NCBI GenBank assembly: GCA_044868695.1
Contig: JBIOWP010000007.1
Span: 1-28,394 of the forward strand
DNA from: a bacterium
GTDB taxonomy: Bacteria; Sysuimicrobiota; Sysuimicrobiia; Sysuimicrobiales; Kaftiobacteriaceae
DNA length: 28,394 nt
Direction of reading: 5' to 3'
Of this stretch, positions 25,555 to 28,394 are shown one piece after another. The position numbers and the translations under genes were made by a program. Numbering within the stretch: the first letter of the stretch is position 1; each line of letters starts with the position of its first letter. Below the pieces are notes generated by a model, which was not told the DNA's origin, did not search any database, and saw nothing but the letters and a program-made list of their open reading frames with translations.

Positions 25555-27042
25555 ATGACATCCCGTAGCGCACGCGGCGTGATTGTGCTGCTGCTGGTCC
25601 TGTGGCTGGCGCTCGCGCCCGCGGCGGCGCAGCCGCAGGTCCTCACGATCCTGCACTTCAACGACGACTACCAGCTGACCGCCGTGGACAATGGGAAGGC
25701 GGGAGGGTTGGACCGGCTGGCCGCCGTCGTCGTGGAGTACCGGCGGCGGGAGGGTGCGCTGCTGCTGTTCGCGGGAGACCTCATTTCACCGTCGGTCGAG
25801 TCATCGATCTTCAAAGGCGCACAGCTCATTGACGGCCTGAACCTGCTGGGTGTCAACGCCGCCACGTTCGGCAACCACGAGTTCGACTACGGCCCCGCCG
25901 AGCTGGCCAAGCGGGTCGCCGAGTCGCGCTTCCCCTGGGTCGTTTCCAACGCCTTTGCGCCGGGGCTCACGCCGTTTCCCGGCACCCGCCCCTACCTCAT
26001 CCTCACCGTCGGCGCCGTGCGTGTCGGGATCATGGGCTTGATTACGGAGGAGACGGTCGCGGCCTCCTCGCCGGGGAACACCACCTTTGGCGACCCGGTG
26101 GCGGTGGCGCGTGCGCTGATCCCCATCCTCAGACGCAACGGCGCGCAGGTAATCATTGCGCTGACCCATCTGCATATGGCAGACGATCAGGCGCTGCTGC
26201 GCCAAATTCCCGAGATCGACCTGGTGATCGGCGGCCATGATCACGACCCGCTGACGGCGACGGTGGACGGACGTCTGATCGCTAAGGCCGGCTCTGACGC
26301 CCGCTGGCTGGGCGTGACCCGCCTGGCGCTGGATGGGTCGCGCGCGGGACGCCACGAGCTCATCCCCATTACCGACCAGACGCCGGCGGATCCGGCGATG
26401 GCGGCGCTGGTCAAACGGTACACCAGCCAGCTGAGCCGGGAACTGGAAGTCGTCATTGGCGAAACGACGGTTTCGCTGGACGCGCGCAATGCGGTGGTCC
26501 GGCAGCAGGAGTCTGCCCTGGGCAACTACATCGCGGATGTCATGCGCGCCGCCGTCCAGGCCGATCTTGCGATGACCAACGGCGGCGGAATCCGCACCAA
26601 CGCGGTCTTCCCCGCCGGGCGGATTACGCGCAAGGACGTGTTCGCCTGGCTGCCCTTCGGCAACGTGGTCGTCAAAGTGGCCGTGCCGGGGCTGGCCATC
26701 CGTCAGGCACTGGAGAACGGCGTCAGCGACTGGGAACGCGTCGGCGGGCGATTCCCGCAGGTCAGCGGCCTCCGCTATTCGTTCAACCCGACGCGGCCGG
26801 CGGGATCACGCCTCCTCGACGTCCGGGTGGGAGACCGGCCGTTGGACGACGCGGCGGTATACACGCTGGCGACGAACGACTTCATGCTCCGTGGGGGTGA
26901 CGGCTACAACATGCTGCCGACCGGACAGGTCCTCGTGAACCCGGCCGGGGGGCCGCTGATGGCTACCGCGGTGATGGAGGCGGTTCAGCGGGCAAAAACG
27001 ATCAACCCTCAGCTGGAGGGCCGGATCACAGTGGTGCGGTAG
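25555..27042 (+). CDS. Secreted bifunctional metallophosphatase / 5'-nucleotidase (UshA-like)
   Basis: Signal peptide, ILHFNDDY, AGD, GNHEFD, LTH, GGHDH, NGGGIR, LPFGN and FPQVSG; GGGAGG RBS. Confidence 0.93.
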   Translation: MTSRSARGVIVLLLVLWLALAPAAAQPQVLTILHFNDDYQLTAVDNGKAGGLDRLAAVVVEYRRREGALLLFAGDLISPSVESSIFKGAQLIDGLNLLGVNAATFGNHEFDYGPAELAKRVAESRFPWVVSNAFAPGLTPFPGTRPYLILTVGAVRVGIMGLITEETVAASSPGNTTFGDPVAVARALIPILRRNGAQVIIALTHLHMADDQALLRQIPEIDLVIGGHDHDPLTATVDGRLIAKAGSDARWLGVTRLALDGSRAGRHELIPITDQTPADPAMAALVKRYTSQLSRELEVVIGETTVSLDARNAVVRQQESALGNYIADVMRAAVQADLAMTNGGGIRTNAVFPAGRITRKDVFAWLPFGNVVVKVAVPGLAIRQALENGVSDWERVGGRFPQVSGLRYSFNPTRPAGSRLLDVRVGDRPLDDAAVYTLATNDFMLRGGDGYNMLPTGQVLVNPAGGPLMATAVMEAVQRAKTINPQLEGRITVVR

Positions 27043-27052
27043 TGTAGGAGGA

Positions 27053-27829
27053 TTAGCGAAAGTTAGCGATCCCTCTCAGCCGATCGATGTGGGCGGCAAC
27101 GTAGGGGGGTTTCACCGGGCAGCCAGCCATGATGCAAAAGAGAGACGAAGCTCCAACGGGTTGATCCAGCGTGGTCTCGATACCGATGCCGACCACCCGC
27201 CTCGTGCCGGGGAGGAGAACGGGCCCGCCGCTGTTGCCACGGCTGGCATAACTATGGATCTCCATCCGCCCACGCTCGTCGTACCGAAGGAGCGGCCCCA
27301 CCCGCATCATCAAAGCCTTCGCTCCGTATCCGATCAGCATGAGTGGATCACCGACCTGCGGATATTCGCCGAACGCGAGTTCTAGCGCGGGCAGGCGGCG
27401 CTCGGTGACAAACGACAACACCATCACATCGAACCCCCGAACGCCCTCCGAGCTAAATCCAACGACGCGTGTCTCGTACGTCCGGGTGCCCTGCACAAAG
27501 ACGTGCCGTCGTCCCAGACAATGCCCGGCACTCGCCAGCCAGTTTTCAAATACCAGGATGCTGCCGCTGAAGCGCCCTGTGACACGGCGCTCCTCAGAGC
27601 GCATGATAAATGCGGTGCACTGACGCTCCTCGTCGGTAATCAGCCGCCCGATCGCGTCGGTGGGAAACGCCTCGGCGTTCGCTCCCTGTGTTCGCGCGGC
27701 GACGGCGATCACGAGGATGAGGGCTAGGGAGGCACACAGAATCTTCGTCCAGCGCTGCCTCCTGGGAGAAGGCAAAGGCTGGCGAGCTGCCCACGAACCC
27801 TGACTTGTGGAGGCGAATACATCCTGCAT
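27053..27829 (-). CDS. Trypsin-like (S1) serine protease with N-terminal signal/anchor
   Basis: Catalytic triad motifs ASAGHC, FDVMVL and GNSGGP; hydrophobic N-terminal segment. Confidence 0.85.
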   Translation of the reverse strand: MQDVFASTSQGSWAARQPLPSPRRQRWTKILCASLALILVIAVAARTQGANAEAFPTDAIGRLITDEERQCTAFIMRSEERRVTGRFSGSILVFENWLASAGHCLGRRHVFVQGTRTYETRVVGFSSEGVRGFDVMVLSFVTERRLPALELAFGEYPQVGDPLMLIGYGAKALMMRVGPLLRYDERGRMEIHSYASRGNSGGPVLLPGTRRVVGIGIETTLDQPVGASSLFCIMAGCPVKPPYVAAHIDRLRGIANFR

Positions 27830-27990
27830 CGAGTAGACGCCTCTGCAGGGTCAGCCGACATGCTCTCCAGGGCGTAAGGCTGGCTCTGCCGTTTTCGGTC
27901 CTTTTGTTGTATCCCTGAAGCATAAAATGTGCCATGAATTTTCGGAAATGCTCCATAACCGGGTTAGCACGGGAGAGGGAAGAAAGGATT

Positions 27991-28010
27991 AGGCCGCCTT
28001 GTGGCAGCCT
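27991..28010 (-). terminator. Probable terminator hairpin downstream of tRNA-Ile
   Basis: The minus strand reads AGGCTGCC-ACAA-GGCGGCCT (8-bp stem with one U-G pair) followed by pyrimidine-rich AATCCTTTCTT, 10 nt after the tRNA CCA. Confidence 0.6.
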
Positions 28011-28020
28011 TTCAATTGGG

Positions 28021-28097
28021 TGGTGGGCCCTCGTGGACTCGAACCACGGACCTCACCCTTATCAGGGGTGCGCTCTCACCACCTGAGCTAAGGGCCC
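28021..28097 (-). tRNA. tRNA-Ile (anticodon GAT)
   Basis: Reverse complement GGGCCCTTAGCTCAGGTGGTGAGAGCGCACCCCTGATAAGGGTGAGGTCCGTGGTTCGAGTCCACGAGGGCCCACCA: 77 nt, full cloverleaf, CTGATAA anticodon loop, GTTCGA T-loop and encoded CCA. Confidence 0.97.
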
Positions 28098-28118
28098 ACG
28101 CGCTGCGGAACCACCGAC

Positions 28119-28148
28119 AGTATAGCCATCCCGACCTGATGGGGTCAA
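28119..28148 (-). promoter_or_regulatory. Sigma70-type promoter for tRNA-Ile
   Basis: The minus strand reads TTGACC-N18-TATACT, ending 21 nt before the tRNA 5' end. Confidence 0.75.
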
Positions 28149-28154
28149 GAAACG

Positions 28155-28394
28155 CTAGAAGATCAGGAGGAAGAGAACCGAGAACGCACCCAACACGAGG
28201 CCGCCGATGGCCGCACCCCGGTGCGCGGGATCCCGCCGCATTCCTCGAATCCCGAGCACGACTCCCACGATGCCCAGCAGCAGGCCTGCGTTCACGCCGA
28301 GCCCGAAGACCGGCCCCACGAGGCCGGCACCCGCCAGAATGGCGACCACGCTCGCTGCTCCTGCGGCCAGCGCCCACCCGCCGAGGCTCATGCT
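28155..28394 (-). CDS. Small membrane protein (DUF4190-like), probably 5'-truncated by the window edge
   Basis: Hydrophobic helices with LGIVGVVLGIRG...GAAIGGLVLG; the frame is open to the window end. Confidence 0.6.
   Translation of the reverse strand, partial: SMSLGGWALAAGAASVVAILAGAGLVGPVFGLGVNAGLLLGIVGVVLGIRGMRRDPAHRGAAIGGLVLGAFSVLFLLIF

Noticed and set aside
27053..28097. tRNA-anchored integrated element or prophage
   Set aside because: No integrase, and no direct repeat of the tRNA 3' end seen by eye; GGGCCCAC near 3706 is short and in the wrong orientation.
28012..28377. 121-aa minus-strand ORF spanning the tRNA
   Set aside because: Overlaps the tRNA, its promoter and the membrane-protein frame; Arg/Gly-rich and likely spurious.

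Overview
GC-rich bacterial chromosomal window with about 27 protein-coding genes and one tRNA; I see no transposase, integrase, phage gene or CRISPR array. From left to right: (1) a 15-bp palindromic tandem repeat at the left edge; (2) a minus-strand trio of a secreted GH18-like protein with a degenerate catalytic motif, an alpha/beta hydrolase and a secreted thermonuclease; (3) panE; (4) an aromatic-acid island made of a partial 4-hydroxyphenylacetate/homoprotocatechuate operon (hpaI-hpaG-hpaB-hpaD), a divergent five-gene LIV-type ABC transporter plus hydrolase, and a convergent phenylacetate-CoA ligase; (5) a class III cyclase-STAND ATPase-TPR protein; (6) a YerA-like adenine-deaminase-family gene flanked by two small proteins; (7) an M32 carboxypeptidase, an unlisted 34-aa membrane sORF, a beta-hydroxyacid dehydrogenase, a GTSAG-type HSL esterase, a membrane HD-GYP protein, a 5'-nucleotidase and a trypsin-like protease; (8) a stand-alone tRNA-Ile(GAT) with its own promoter and terminator. 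The strongest signal not explained by gene content is a recurring upstream motif, GCAGGA-N17-GAA (sigma-H-like). It occurs six times with exact spacing and correct orientation in front of otherwise unrelated genes, which suggests an alternative-sigma regulon. All protein calls rest on motif recognition by eye; no database search was run.
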